Position numbers and translations under genes: made by a program | Assembly: GCA_027006055.1 (NCBI GenBank) | Contig: JALTKX010000061.1 | Span: 2,607 to 66,606, forward strand | From: Calditrichia bacterium | Lineage (GTDB): Bacteria > Calditrichota > Calditrichia > Calditrichales > J004 | Direction of reading: 5' to 3' | DNA length: 64,000 nt | The notes under the pieces: generated by a model | What the model saw: the letters and a program-made list of their open reading frames with translations, nothing else | Told to the model about the DNA's origin: nothing | Databases searched by the model: none | Part shown: one piece after another, positions 53,140 through 64,000 of the stretch | How positions within the stretch are numbered: the first letter of the stretch is position 1 | How the letters are laid out: each line of letters starts with the position of its first letter

Positions 53140-55983
53140 ATGACCAGAATTTTCTTCCTGCTGATCCTGGGGATGACCTTTCTGTCGGCGCAAACAACCC
53201 GTATCAATCTTTCCTGGGATTTGGGCAGCGAGAGTGATCTTTATCTGTATCGTATTTTCCGGGCCACCTCCCCCAACGCCGGCAGTCAACTGGATAGCGT
53301 ACAGGCGCCGCAAAACAGCTACGAAGACGGCAATGTGCAAAAGGGCGTCCTTTATTACTACCGGCTGAAGTCCGTGGACTTTTCCCTGAACAGCAGTGAC
53401 TACAGTAACGAGCTAAGCGCGGCGATCCCTAAAATAAGCGGTCTTAACGGTTCCGAGGTGCTTCCCCCGGATACGACCATACAGATTCCCCTGGATAATC
53501 ATGTTGATGATCCCGATGACGCGGACAATACATTGCTTTGGACGATCACCGGGGCCAACAGGCTTACCGTGAGTATCACAAACCGCGTGGCCTCCATTTC
53601 CACCCCCTCCGACTGGGACGCTCAGGAAACCCTGCTGTTTAGCGTTAAGGATGATCAGGGCTTTGAAGATACCCACAGCATGACCATACGTTCCAGCAGC
53701 TCGCCGACCGCCCAGCCGCCAAAATTTACCGGCGCCATAAGCACAACGGTAAATGAGGATGAACAGGGTACCGTCATTTTAAGTGATTATGTAACCGATC
53801 CCGACAGCAAGGTGGAAGACCTGGTTTTTACCATCACGGAAGTTAATTCCATAGACTTTTCCATTAATAAAAATAAACTAACCATAACCCCGGCCCAGAA
53901 CTGGTACGGGCAGCGGACGGCTACCGTTACGGTTACGGATGAAGCGGGGCTTTCCGACAATACCACGCTGACGGTAACGGTTAAGGCGGTGAATGACGCT
54001 CCGGTTCTTTCCGGCCTGCCCAGCCTGAACCTCTCTCAGGATACCACGGTGAATGTGGATATGCAGCCCTACCTGTTTGATGTGGATAATAATATTGCCG
54101 ATATAGGCTGGTCTTTTTCCAACTACAGTTTCATCTCGCTTGTTTTTGACGATAACAAGGATATTTTAACCATTTCCACGCCGGGAGACTGGGATGGCTT
54201 TGAATATGTCACCGTAACGGTGACCGATCCTTCCGGGGCCACGGATATGGATACCCTGGTGGTGCGGGTTACGCCGGCCGACTTAAAGGCGCCTGTCATC
54301 AGTAACTTTCCCCAAGTAACTTTTGATGAAGACGGCAGTCAGACGGTCGCCCTGAATAATTATGTCTCGGATGATGACGATCCTGTGCAGAATCTGTTTT
54401 GGTTTGCCCGCAATTCACAAAATATCGATGTCAGCATAGATCATAGCGATAACACGGCCCTGTTTAGCGCGGCGGCGGATTGGAACGGCGCCAGCGAAGT
54501 ACGTTTGGTTGTCGCCGATCCCGATGGTAACAAAGATAGTGTGCTGGTTTCGGTAACGGTGAATGCCGTTAATGACGCGCCGGTTTTTAAGGCCCTGCCT
54601 TCGGTCAACCTCTCCGAACAGCTTAGCCGGCAGGTTTCCCTGCCCGCCTATACCAGCGACGTGGATAACCTGAAGGATGACCTGAACTGGAGCGCGGCCA
54701 ATCAGGTTAACGTGGATGTGCGGATTGATGGCGACGGATTGGCTACCTTTTCGGTGGACAGCACTTTCCGCGGCCAGGAAAACATTACCCTATATGTGCG
54801 CGATTTAAACGACGGGCGCGATACCACCACCGTAACCGTCTACCGGCAGGATCAAACACGGGCGCCGAAAATAAGCGCCATCGGGGATCTCTTTTTTCCG
54901 GAAGATACGCAACGTTCCCTTGATCTGCGCTCCTATGTTTCCGATACGGATAATGACGATGCCGAGTTGAAATGGACATACGGCACGCTCGAAAATATCG
55001 ATCTGGAGTTGAGCGAGTCGGATGAGTTGACTTTTATTCCCAATGCCAACTGGTATGGAGAGGAAACTCTTTTTCTGGAAGTCCGCGATCCGGACGGCAA
55101 TGTGGACTTCGATACCGTGCTGGTAACGGTAACCCCGGTAAATGACGCCCCGCGTTCACGCTCCGTATCTTCCATTACATTAACGGAGAACAGTTTTCAA
55201 ACCCTGCCCATAACCGATTTCTTTACCGATCCCGACGGCGTTGACGATCTGGTTTCCATCGACCTCATTACCTCGGGTGAAGGTTTTATCGGTTATTTTA
55301 TAGACGAGACGGCGCATACCATCACCTTTTTCGCTCCCTCGGGCTTTCAGGGGCATGAGATCTTTTTGTTAAAGGTCAGCGATAATGCCGGTTTGCAGGC
55401 CTCAACGGTTTTTACCATCCGCGTGGTCATGCAAAGCGTTTCCGGCGGCGTGCAGGTTGCCTATCTTGGGTCGGGAACCAATGTGGCCCTAAACTGGAAA
55501 ACGGTGGTGCCCACCATTGACTTTATCGAATATGGCCTGACGACGGCGTACGATAAAACCACCAGCGGTGATGCGGACTTTACCCTGGAGCATGATCAGC
55601 AGTTGAGCGCCCTGCAGGAGAACACAACCTATCATTTCCGTGTTGTTTCGCGCAATGAAGCGGGCCAGATCAGCTATTCCGCCGATTCCGTCTTTACGAC
55701 GGCGGAGTCCGGCGAGATAAATGTTTTTCCTCTTCCCTATAAAGCCTCTCTGGACCCCGAGGGCCGCGGCATATTTTTTACCGATCTGCCGCTCATTTCG
55801 GATTTGTCCGTCTATAATATCATCGGCGAGCCGGTTTTTAATCAACGTATCAACGGTCCGTTGTACCGCTGGGGGGTTAAAAACAATGCCGGAAAGGAGA
55901 TCAGTTCCGGGATTTATGTCTATATTATCAAGGATGAGAAGGGCAACAAGCGCGCTTCGGGAAAATTAGTCGTCATTCGTTAG
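53140..55983 (+). CDS. Giant secreted adhesin-like protein: FN3-like domain, ~7 tandem cadherin/Ig-like repeats, second FN3-like domain, T9SS-type C-terminal domain
   Basis: The ATG at 53140 gives signal peptide 'MTRIFFLLILGMTFLSAQ'. Recurrent 'V.V.AVNDAP' and 'D.D......L.W' repeat signatures. C-terminus '...LSVYNIIGEPVF...SGIYVYIIKDEKGNKRASGKLVVIR'. Confidence 0.7.
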   Translation: MTRIFFLLILGMTFLSAQTTRINLSWDLGSESDLYLYRIFRATSPNAGSQLDSVQAPQNSYEDGNVQKGVLYYYRLKSVDFSLNSSDYSNELSAAIPKISGLNGSEVLPPDTTIQIPLDNHVDDPDDADNTLLWTITGANRLTVSITNRVASISTPSDWDAQETLLFSVKDDQGFEDTHSMTIRSSSSPTAQPPKFTGAISTTVNEDEQGTVILSDYVTDPDSKVEDLVFTITEVNSIDFSINKNKLTITPAQNWYGQRTATVTVTDEAGLSDNTTLTVTVKAVNDAPVLSGLPSLNLSQDTTVNVDMQPYLFDVDNNIADIGWSFSNYSFISLVFDDNKDILTISTPGDWDGFEYVTVTVTDPSGATDMDTLVVRVTPADLKAPVISNFPQVTFDEDGSQTVALNNYVSDDDDPVQNLFWFARNSQNIDVSIDHSDNTALFSAAADWNGASEVRLVVADPDGNKDSVLVSVTVNAVNDAPVFKALPSVNLSEQLSRQVSLPAYTSDVDNLKDDLNWSAANQVNVDVRIDGDGLATFSVDSTFRGQENITLYVRDLNDGRDTTTVTVYRQDQTRAPKISAIGDLFFPEDTQRSLDLRSYVSDTDNDDAELKWTYGTLENIDLELSESDELTFIPNANWYGEETLFLEVRDPDGNVDFDTVLVTVTPVNDAPRSRSVSSITLTENSFQTLPITDFFTDPDGVDDLVSIDLITSGEGFIGYFIDETAHTITFFAPSGFQGHEIFLLKVSDNAGLQASTVFTIRVVMQSVSGGVQVAYLGSGTNVALNWKTVVPTIDFIEYGLTTAYDKTTSGDADFTLEHDQQLSALQENTTYHFRVVSRNEAGQISYSADSVFTTAESGEINVFPLPYKASLDPEGRGIFFTDLPLISDLSVYNIIGEPVFNQRINGPLYRWGVKNNAGKEISSGIYVYIIKDEKGNKRASGKLVVIR
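53428..55430 (+). repeat. About seven divergent tandem ~95-aa (~285-bp) domain repeats inside the adhesin-like CDS
   Basis: The 'VNDAP' motif occurs at nt 53989, 54568 and 55138, about 190 codons apart. An alternate boundary type ('APVISNFPQVTFDEDGSQ', 'APKISAIGDLFFPEDTQ', 'PPKFTGAISTTVNEDEQG') sits midway. Boundaries are approximate, and the repeats are diverged at DNA level. Confidence 0.55.
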
Positions 55984-56074
55984 AAAATGATCCCTCATTT
56001 CGTTACATAAGTCACAATACCCCTTGCTTCTTTCCGCTATTATGAGGAAACGTGAATCAAAGGGGATTTGGCTA

Positions 56075-56800
56075 ATGTATAAAGGAATTATTGTCACAAG
56101 GCAAGAGGCGATTATAAAGGAATGCCGGGATATTATAGATCAGGTGGGGGACATTGAGCTTGATGTGTACGAAAATATCCATGATATCCGGTTTGATGAA
56201 CTGTTCAATTTTCTGTTTGTCATCATTACCGAAATCGACCGTCCCGGCCTGGTTATCCTGTCCCGCGTTCAGTCCTACACCCCCGGCCTGGCCGTCATTC
56301 TCTATAACCATTCATTGAATTTTAACGAAATTCCCGATCTGTCGCTTACTTCTAAAGTAAAAATGATCATTGGCGAAAATAGGAAATCGGATTTAATTGA
56401 AATTTTAGGACAGCTTAAGGATAGTTATTGGCGTAAAATACCCTATAAGCAGTTTGGCATAGACTATCCAAGGCTTTCGCCGAGAATGAAGAAGGCCATG
56501 CAGTTTATAGAAAGCGCGCCCATACGGGATTGTAATATTTCCGCTATTTCCGGCTATCTGAATATCAGTCCCGGTTATTTTAGCCAGGAGTTTAAGCGGG
56601 AAACCCATCAGTCCTTTCGCCGGTTTATGCAACAGGTAATCGACTATTATGAAAACCTGATCTTTACGAAAGTTGATTTACCGACTAAGAATATTTCGCA
56701 GATATTGGGTTACAGTGAGTTATCCAGCTTTAGCCGTTCCTTTAAAAATCGTAAGGGGGTTTCCCCCTCGCAATATAAAAAAATGATGAGCACCGCATAA
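56075..56800 (+). CDS. AraC/XylS-family transcriptional regulator with an N-terminal receiver-like (probably non-phosphorylatable) domain
   Basis: C-terminal HTH 'ISAISGYLNISPGYFSQEFK' and 'ISQILGYSELSSFSRSFKNRKGVSPSQY'. Possible starts are ATG 56042 or ATG 56075; the latter has 'aaagggga' upstream. Confidence 0.8.
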   Translation: MYKGIIVTRQEAIIKECRDIIDQVGDIELDVYENIHDIRFDELFNFLFVIITEIDRPGLVILSRVQSYTPGLAVILYNHSLNFNEIPDLSLTSKVKMIIGENRKSDLIEILGQLKDSYWRKIPYKQFGIDYPRLSPRMKKAMQFIESAPIRDCNISAISGYLNISPGYFSQEFKRETHQSFRRFMQQVIDYYENLIFTKVDLPTKNISQILGYSELSSFSRSFKNRKGVSPSQYKKMMSTA

Positions 56801-56804
56801 CTGA

Positions 56805-57629
56805 ATGAAAAATATCATCTCCGTTGACGTGGAAGAATGGTTCCACCCCGAAGCCCTGCAGGAACGTTTCCCCCGCGATACCTGGGACAGCCAGCCGCAA
56901 AGGGTGCGTGGGAATATGGAAAAACTGTTAGAACTTTTTGAGGAAAAAGGGGTCAAGGCCACCTTCTTCACCCTTGGCTGGGTAGCGCAAAAAGACCCTC
57001 AAATTATAAAGGACATCATTTCCGGCGGTCATGAACTGGCCAGCCACGGCAGTTATCATCGCATGGTTACCAAGATGACACCGGAGGAGTTCCGCGAAGA
57101 CCTAAAAACATCCCTGGATATTTTACAGGATATTTCCGGAGAAAAGGTGCTGGGCTTTCGCGCCCCTACTTTTTCCGTGGTTAAGGAAACCTTTTGGAGC
57201 CTGGAAATTATGGCGGAACTGGGCCTGCGCTATGACTCCTCCGTCTATCCCATCTGGCATGACCGCTATGGCGTGCCCGACGCTCCCCGACAGCGCTATG
57301 TGGCCTTCGAAAAAAATGGCCTGAAGCTGGAAGAGTTCCCCATGTCCACCATGCAATGGTTCGGGAAGAACATGCCCTTCGGCGGAGGGGGCTATCTGAG
57401 GATTTTTCCCAATGCCATTACCCGCATGGGCATCCGTAAAATGAACCGGGAAAACCTTCCGGCAATCATGTATATGCATCCCTGGGAGTTTGACGCCGAA
57501 CAGCCCCGGCTGAACCTGGGGCGGCTGCAAAGCTGGCGCCATTACTACAATATTGATAAAAATCTGGAAAAACTGGCGCAATTGCTTGACGCTTTTGAGT
57601 GGGGGCCTTTTCGGGACCATTTAAATTAA
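56805..57629 (+). CDS. Polysaccharide deacetylase of the PEP-CTERM/exosortase-locus subfamily (NodB fold plus DUF3473-like C-terminus)
   Basis: 274 aa. The 'NIISVDVEEWFHPE' N-terminus and 'GSYH' are characteristic of this subfamily as I recall it. Confidence 0.75.
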   Translation: MKNIISVDVEEWFHPEALQERFPRDTWDSQPQRVRGNMEKLLELFEEKGVKATFFTLGWVAQKDPQIIKDIISGGHELASHGSYHRMVTKMTPEEFREDLKTSLDILQDISGEKVLGFRAPTFSVVKETFWSLEIMAELGLRYDSSVYPIWHDRYGVPDAPRQRYVAFEKNGLKLEEFPMSTMQWFGKNMPFGGGGYLRIFPNAITRMGIRKMNRENLPAIMYMHPWEFDAEQPRLNLGRLQSWRHYYNIDKNLEKLAQLLDAFEWGPFRDHLN

Positions 57630-57724
57630 ACCGTTAAAAATCACAGCTAAAATATATAATTATATCTTAAATTCTCGTATATTTTATCCGAAGTTCTTCA
57701 TATCTATCTTTTGCAGGAGAAAAA

Positions 57725-58198
57725 ATGGCTGAGACCCCACATATATTAATAGTCGACGATGAAGAGGATGTAAGGGAAACACTGAAAAGTGTTTTGAAAA
57801 GCATGAACTTTGAGCCCTATACCGCCGCCAATGGCGTTGAGGCCCTGGAAGTTATAAAGAATAACCCGGTGGACGTCGTCCTGTCCGATTTGTATATGCC
57901 GGAAATGGACGGCATTGAATTGTTACGCCGTGTGCGCAGCCAGGACAAGAACATGGTTTTTGTCATGATCACCGCGCACCCCACCATTGAAACCGCCGTG
58001 GAGGCCATAAAAAAAGGCGCTTATGACTACCTGACAAAACCGTTCCATATAGAAGAAGTCAGGCTGAAAATTACGCGCGCCCTGGAAAAACGCGGTCTGT
58101 CAAGTTCCCTGAAAACGGCCAACGGCATTATCTGGGCCCTGCTCATATCCATACCGATCTGGTTGATTTTGGGAATTATCCTGGCGTCCCTTTTGTAG
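57725..58198 (+). CDS. Single-domain CheY-like response-regulator receiver with a C-terminal transmembrane anchor
   Basis: 157 aa. 'ILIVDDEEDVRE', phospho-acceptor context 'VVLSDLYMPEMDG', 'MITAH' and 'YLTKPF'. The final 30 aa 'IIWALLISIPIWLILGIILASLL' are hydrophobic. SD 'aggaga' 5 nt upstream. Confidence 0.85.
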   Translation: MAETPHILIVDDEEDVRETLKSVLKSMNFEPYTAANGVEALEVIKNNPVDVVLSDLYMPEMDGIELLRRVRSQDKNMVFVMITAHPTIETAVEAIKKGAYDYLTKPFHIEEVRLKITRALEKRGLSSSLKTANGIIWALLISIPIWLILGIILASLL

Positions 58199-58207
58199 AG
58201 TTTGACC

Positions 58208-58235
58208 AAGCCCTGTTTTGCGGGGCTTTTTTTTT
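58208..58235 (+). terminator. Rho-independent terminator between convergent genes
   Basis: Stem aagccctg/cggggctt (8 bp including one G-U) with a 5-nt loop, then a T-run 58227-58235. Only the + orientation has a U-tract. Confidence 0.65.
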
Positions 58236-58240
58236 GCCCT

Positions 58241-61225
58241 TTAGCCCAGGCGAATCAAACCCTCGTTGCTGGCGCCGTCCATTTCCGCCACCAGCCTTTC
58301 GGAACTTTGAATATGACAAACGTAATTTAGCTTTTTTACAACTTTTTGCCTGTTGATCCAATCCCAGTTTAGAATATGCTCCTTCCTGCCCGGGGTAATG
58401 GTAAAATAGCCCACGCGGAAGAAACTGATGTTATGGAAAAAATGAGAGGCCTGCGAAGGCTCGATGACCATCTCCTCGATTCCGCTCTCGATGATGACCT
58501 TGGCCTCGGAAATATCTTCCCACTGAACGGGAACCCCCAGCCAGGGGTCGCGGCTGCCCAGGCGGCCGAGGGTAATTAACATATACTTTTTATCCTGCTC
58601 AAAAAACTTTTGATTGAACCAGGCCACCTCCTGGGCGATCTCCCTGGTTTTAGCGCGTTCAAACATGTCCGGATGCACGCAGATGATATCCCGCAGCGTA
58701 TCGACCCGTCCGTTGCCCAGCACCTGATTGCTGTAGCAGAGCACTTTTTTCTTTTCCGGCCTTTTTATTTTATAGTGCATGGCCGAGCTGGCAATGGGTC
58801 TCATTTGCAAAAGGGCAAAGGTGTGAGGCTGTGTACTGTCCTCGCTCAGCCGCACGGCAAACTCCACTTCCACGTCGTTGCCCATGCCCTCCTTGCCCAG
58901 CTTTAAAATCGCCTCCAGCATGGGCGCCAGGGGCATAAGGTTATATTTTAATATGGGGGCCAGGGTAATCAACCGGTAGCCCTCGCGGGAAATACCGTCG
59001 TATATGGCGCGATTTTCCGGGGAATAGGTAGAGGCTATGTATTTCAGGCTGCCGTCCTTTTCCGCCGTTTTCAGGTCATAGGACTCCAGCATTTTGTCCG
59101 GATGACGGAAATCCAGATCCTTATCGGAATAGAGGGGCAGGGCAAAAAAACGCGATTGGTTATTTTGCAGGGTTTGTTCGATGCTGGCAAACTGATGTAT
59201 GTGTTGCGGATATTTGGGGCAAAAATTTACGGCGTTTCCTCCTTCCACCACCATGCGCCCCAGGCCCAGCACCACGCTGGCCAGTCCGTCTTCCGACGTT
59301 TGCGGAGGCAGGCTGTAATGGTTATAGGACTTGGCCACGCCGGAAAGCTCGGGATAAAACCGCCCGTTATGGTTTTTACCTACCAGTACCTGTATAATAA
59401 CGGCCATCTTTTCCTCCTCCAGGCGGAAGGAGGTATGGCGCATATAATTGCGCGCCTTTTGGGAATAGGTAGAGGCAAAAACAATCTTAATACCCATGAT
59501 CAGGTTCTCAAGGCGGTCATGAATGCCGTCTTCCACATTGGGCAGCATCACCGTATCGTAGATGCCGGCAAAGGGAAAGTACTGCGAATCTTCCAGTAAA
59601 CTGGATGAGCGGATGGCCAGCGGCTTTTTTACGATCTCCAGAAAGTGCTTCAGGTCCCGGGAGTAGGCTTCCGGAAAATGGGCCTTTAAAAACAGATCCT
59701 GGATATGGTTCTCATCATCATTATCCAGTACTTCCTGAAAAAGATGATTCTCTTCCATAAAGGCGTCAAAAACATCGGTGCCCAAAATCAGGGCCGCCGG
59801 AACCTGAATCTTTATATTTTTAAAGGAGCTGTGCAGATTGCCGGTGTTGATAAGCTGGTTTAAAAAACTGAGGCCCCGGGCCTTGCCGCCGATGGAGCCT
59901 TCGCCAATGCGGGCAAAGCCGTAGTCGGGATCAAAATTGTTGCGGTCAAAGTCGCTCAGCACGCCGCGCCGTTGGAAATTAAAGTAAAGTTCCAACGCCG
60001 AAATCAGATCATTCCGCAGGGATTCCATATCGGGATAATCGGTGGTGGTGCGCGACTTAAGGTGGTAGGCCAGCCAAAACTCCCGTCGGGCCTTCAGCCA
60101 GTTGGAGAAATGGTTGCGGTCGGCGTGGTATTTTAAAATTTCGGGATGGATGTTTTTCAGGGTCTCCCGCAGTGAAACCAGGTCGTGCGCCCGGGCGACC
60201 TCCTGTCCCCGCGGATCGCGGAAAACAAAATCGCCAAACCCCAGTTCGTCATTTACAAAACGCCTTAAATCCTTTAACAGATGAGGATCATCTTTCTTTA
60301 AAAAGGCCGCGCCCGCTTCATGGGCCAGCTTTTCATTCTCTGCCTCATGGGATTGTAATAAGATGGGGATATCGTGGTGCATGCTTTTGATATACCGGGT
60401 AAGGGCGATACCCGCAAGGGGGTCTCGTTTTCCTTCGCGCATATAGTTGATGTCGGAAATAACACCCAATAGATTGTCTTTGTATTTGTCGGCGATTGCG
60501 CAGGCGTCTTCGTAGTTGGTGGCCAAAAGTATTTTGGGCCGGGCCCGCATGCGCAGATATTTATGATACAGATTGATGCCGTCGGGGATGAGCTTTTGGG
60601 ACTGGCGCAACAGTTCCGTGTAGAGCAGCGGCAGGTAGGAGGAGTAAAAGCGGATATTGTCTTCCACCAGCAGAATAATCTGCACGCCGGCCTTGCGTAC
60701 ATCCTCCTCCACATTCAGGGCGTCTTCCACGGATTTGATTATGGCTATGATGATACGGAAATCGCCGCCCCAGGTAAAAATTCCGTTAAAGGGATTGAGC
60801 GACGGGCTTTCAATGCGGGGGTTAAACTCCGCGTTGTCAAAAACCAGATGGACAAGGGGAGTGCCGGTACGCACTTTTTTCAACTCGTCGGCAAAGGCGC
60901 GCACTTGTTGGCCCACGCTATGGGCCGTGGTGATCACCAGGTCAAAAGAGGGGTTTTGCTTTAAGGCCTGAATGGCTTCCCTGTCTCCGGAAACACGGGT
61001 AATCTCCGGGGAGAAACTCAGGCCCAGGTCAAAATATTCCCGCCGCAATAGTTCGTATACGCGGCCGTCTTCCTCAAACAAAAAAAGATTATAGGGGCTG
61101 GAAACCAGCAATATTTCCCTGATGCGATGCCGCATCAATCCCTGAAAGACCTTAAAACGGTCCCCCGTGGGGAATTCCGTGGCAAAGGCCTCGGATATGG
61201 CCGGAAGTTTCTTCTTAGGAGACAT
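58241..61225 (-). CDS. Pseudo-receiver plus receiver plus PPDK_N (PEP/pyruvate-binding ATP-grasp) protein lacking a phospho-His swivel domain
   Basis: 994 aa. A first REC-like domain without the acidic pocket ('ILLVSSPYNL'). A second REC with 'ILLVEDN', 'GVISDINYM', 'LLQS' and 'FLKK'. 'GGKARGLSFLN' and 'IRSSSLLEDSQYFPFAGIY' (PPDK_N). The C-terminal ~200-aa module is shared with the 62679-64000 protein. Confidence 0.8.
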   Translation of the reverse strand: MSPKKKLPAISEAFATEFPTGDRFKVFQGLMRHRIREILLVSSPYNLFLFEEDGRVYELLRREYFDLGLSFSPEITRVSGDREAIQALKQNPSFDLVITTAHSVGQQVRAFADELKKVRTGTPLVHLVFDNAEFNPRIESPSLNPFNGIFTWGGDFRIIIAIIKSVEDALNVEEDVRKAGVQIILLVEDNIRFYSSYLPLLYTELLRQSQKLIPDGINLYHKYLRMRARPKILLATNYEDACAIADKYKDNLLGVISDINYMREGKRDPLAGIALTRYIKSMHHDIPILLQSHEAENEKLAHEAGAAFLKKDDPHLLKDLRRFVNDELGFGDFVFRDPRGQEVARAHDLVSLRETLKNIHPEILKYHADRNHFSNWLKARREFWLAYHLKSRTTTDYPDMESLRNDLISALELYFNFQRRGVLSDFDRNNFDPDYGFARIGEGSIGGKARGLSFLNQLINTGNLHSSFKNIKIQVPAALILGTDVFDAFMEENHLFQEVLDNDDENHIQDLFLKAHFPEAYSRDLKHFLEIVKKPLAIRSSSLLEDSQYFPFAGIYDTVMLPNVEDGIHDRLENLIMGIKIVFASTYSQKARNYMRHTSFRLEEEKMAVIIQVLVGKNHNGRFYPELSGVAKSYNHYSLPPQTSEDGLASVVLGLGRMVVEGGNAVNFCPKYPQHIHQFASIEQTLQNNQSRFFALPLYSDKDLDFRHPDKMLESYDLKTAEKDGSLKYIASTYSPENRAIYDGISREGYRLITLAPILKYNLMPLAPMLEAILKLGKEGMGNDVEVEFAVRLSEDSTQPHTFALLQMRPIASSAMHYKIKRPEKKKVLCYSNQVLGNGRVDTLRDIICVHPDMFERAKTREIAQEVAWFNQKFFEQDKKYMLITLGRLGSRDPWLGVPVQWEDISEAKVIIESGIEEMVIEPSQASHFFHNISFFRVGYFTITPGRKEHILNWDWINRQKVVKKLNYVCHIQSSERLVAEMDGASNEGLIRLG

Positions 61226-61228
61226 ATT

Positions 61229-61255
61229 AAAAAAGGGCGTCCGAAGACGCCCTTT
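61229..61255 (-). terminator. Rho-independent terminator of gdhA
   Basis: On the - strand: a perfect 10-bp stem aaagggcguc/gacgcccuuu with a UUCG tetraloop. The U-tract ends 3 nt before the ATG of the next gene (61225). Confidence 0.8.
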
Positions 61256-61270
61256 CCTTATTATTACATA

Positions 61271-64000
<2,730 letters not shown>

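Overview
This is a 64-kb bacterial chromosomal segment. I saw no rRNA, tRNA, CRISPR array, transposase or integrase. About 45 tightly packed CDSs run on the + strand from base 1 to about 58.2 kb, many with overlapping stop/start codons. Four genes sit on the - strand from 58.2 to 64 kb.

(i) 0.2-29 kb is a Wzx/Wzy/Wzc-type exopolysaccharide locus. It has a BY-kinase co-polymerase, an O-antigen-polymerase-like protein, a flippase, many GT2/GT4 glycosyltransferases, deacetylases and heparinase II/III-like proteins. It also carries an acyl/aminoacyl decoration module: AMP-ligase, ACP, FemAB-like, ATP-grasp, GNAT and a LarA-like racemase. That module resembles the gene set usually tied to exosortase-A/PEP-CTERM loci, but no exosortase is visible here.

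(ii) 29-52 kb is the most unusual part, an isoprenoid-lipid module embedded in the glycan locus. It contains a Dpm1-like GT2 fusion, a GT-C (PMT/ArnT-like) enzyme, a trans-polyprenyl (GGPP-type) synthase, a UbiA prenyltransferase and two geranylgeranyl-reductase paralogs. It also has a radical-SAM/SPASM enzyme, a CrtC-like hydratase candidate, a rifampin-phosphotransferase-like PEP-utilizing enzyme, a GT-B glycosyltransferase, a sulfotransferase-like protein, a methyltransferase and a second MOP flippase.

(iii) Interleaved with (ii) are three large secreted proteins with T9SS-type C-terminal sorting domains and a PorV/PorQ-like outer-membrane barrel. This suggests an FCB-superphylum-like host, which is inference only.

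(iv) 56-58.2 kb holds an AraC-type regulator, a PEP-CTERM-locus-type polysaccharide deacetylase and a membrane-anchored CheY-like receiver.

(v) On the - strand, gdhA is flanked by two paralogous atypical PPDK_N (PEP/pyruvate-binding ATP-grasp) proteins. One is fused to receiver domains and the other to a nucleotidyltransferase domain.

All functional calls come from motifs I could read in the supplied translations. No database search was run.
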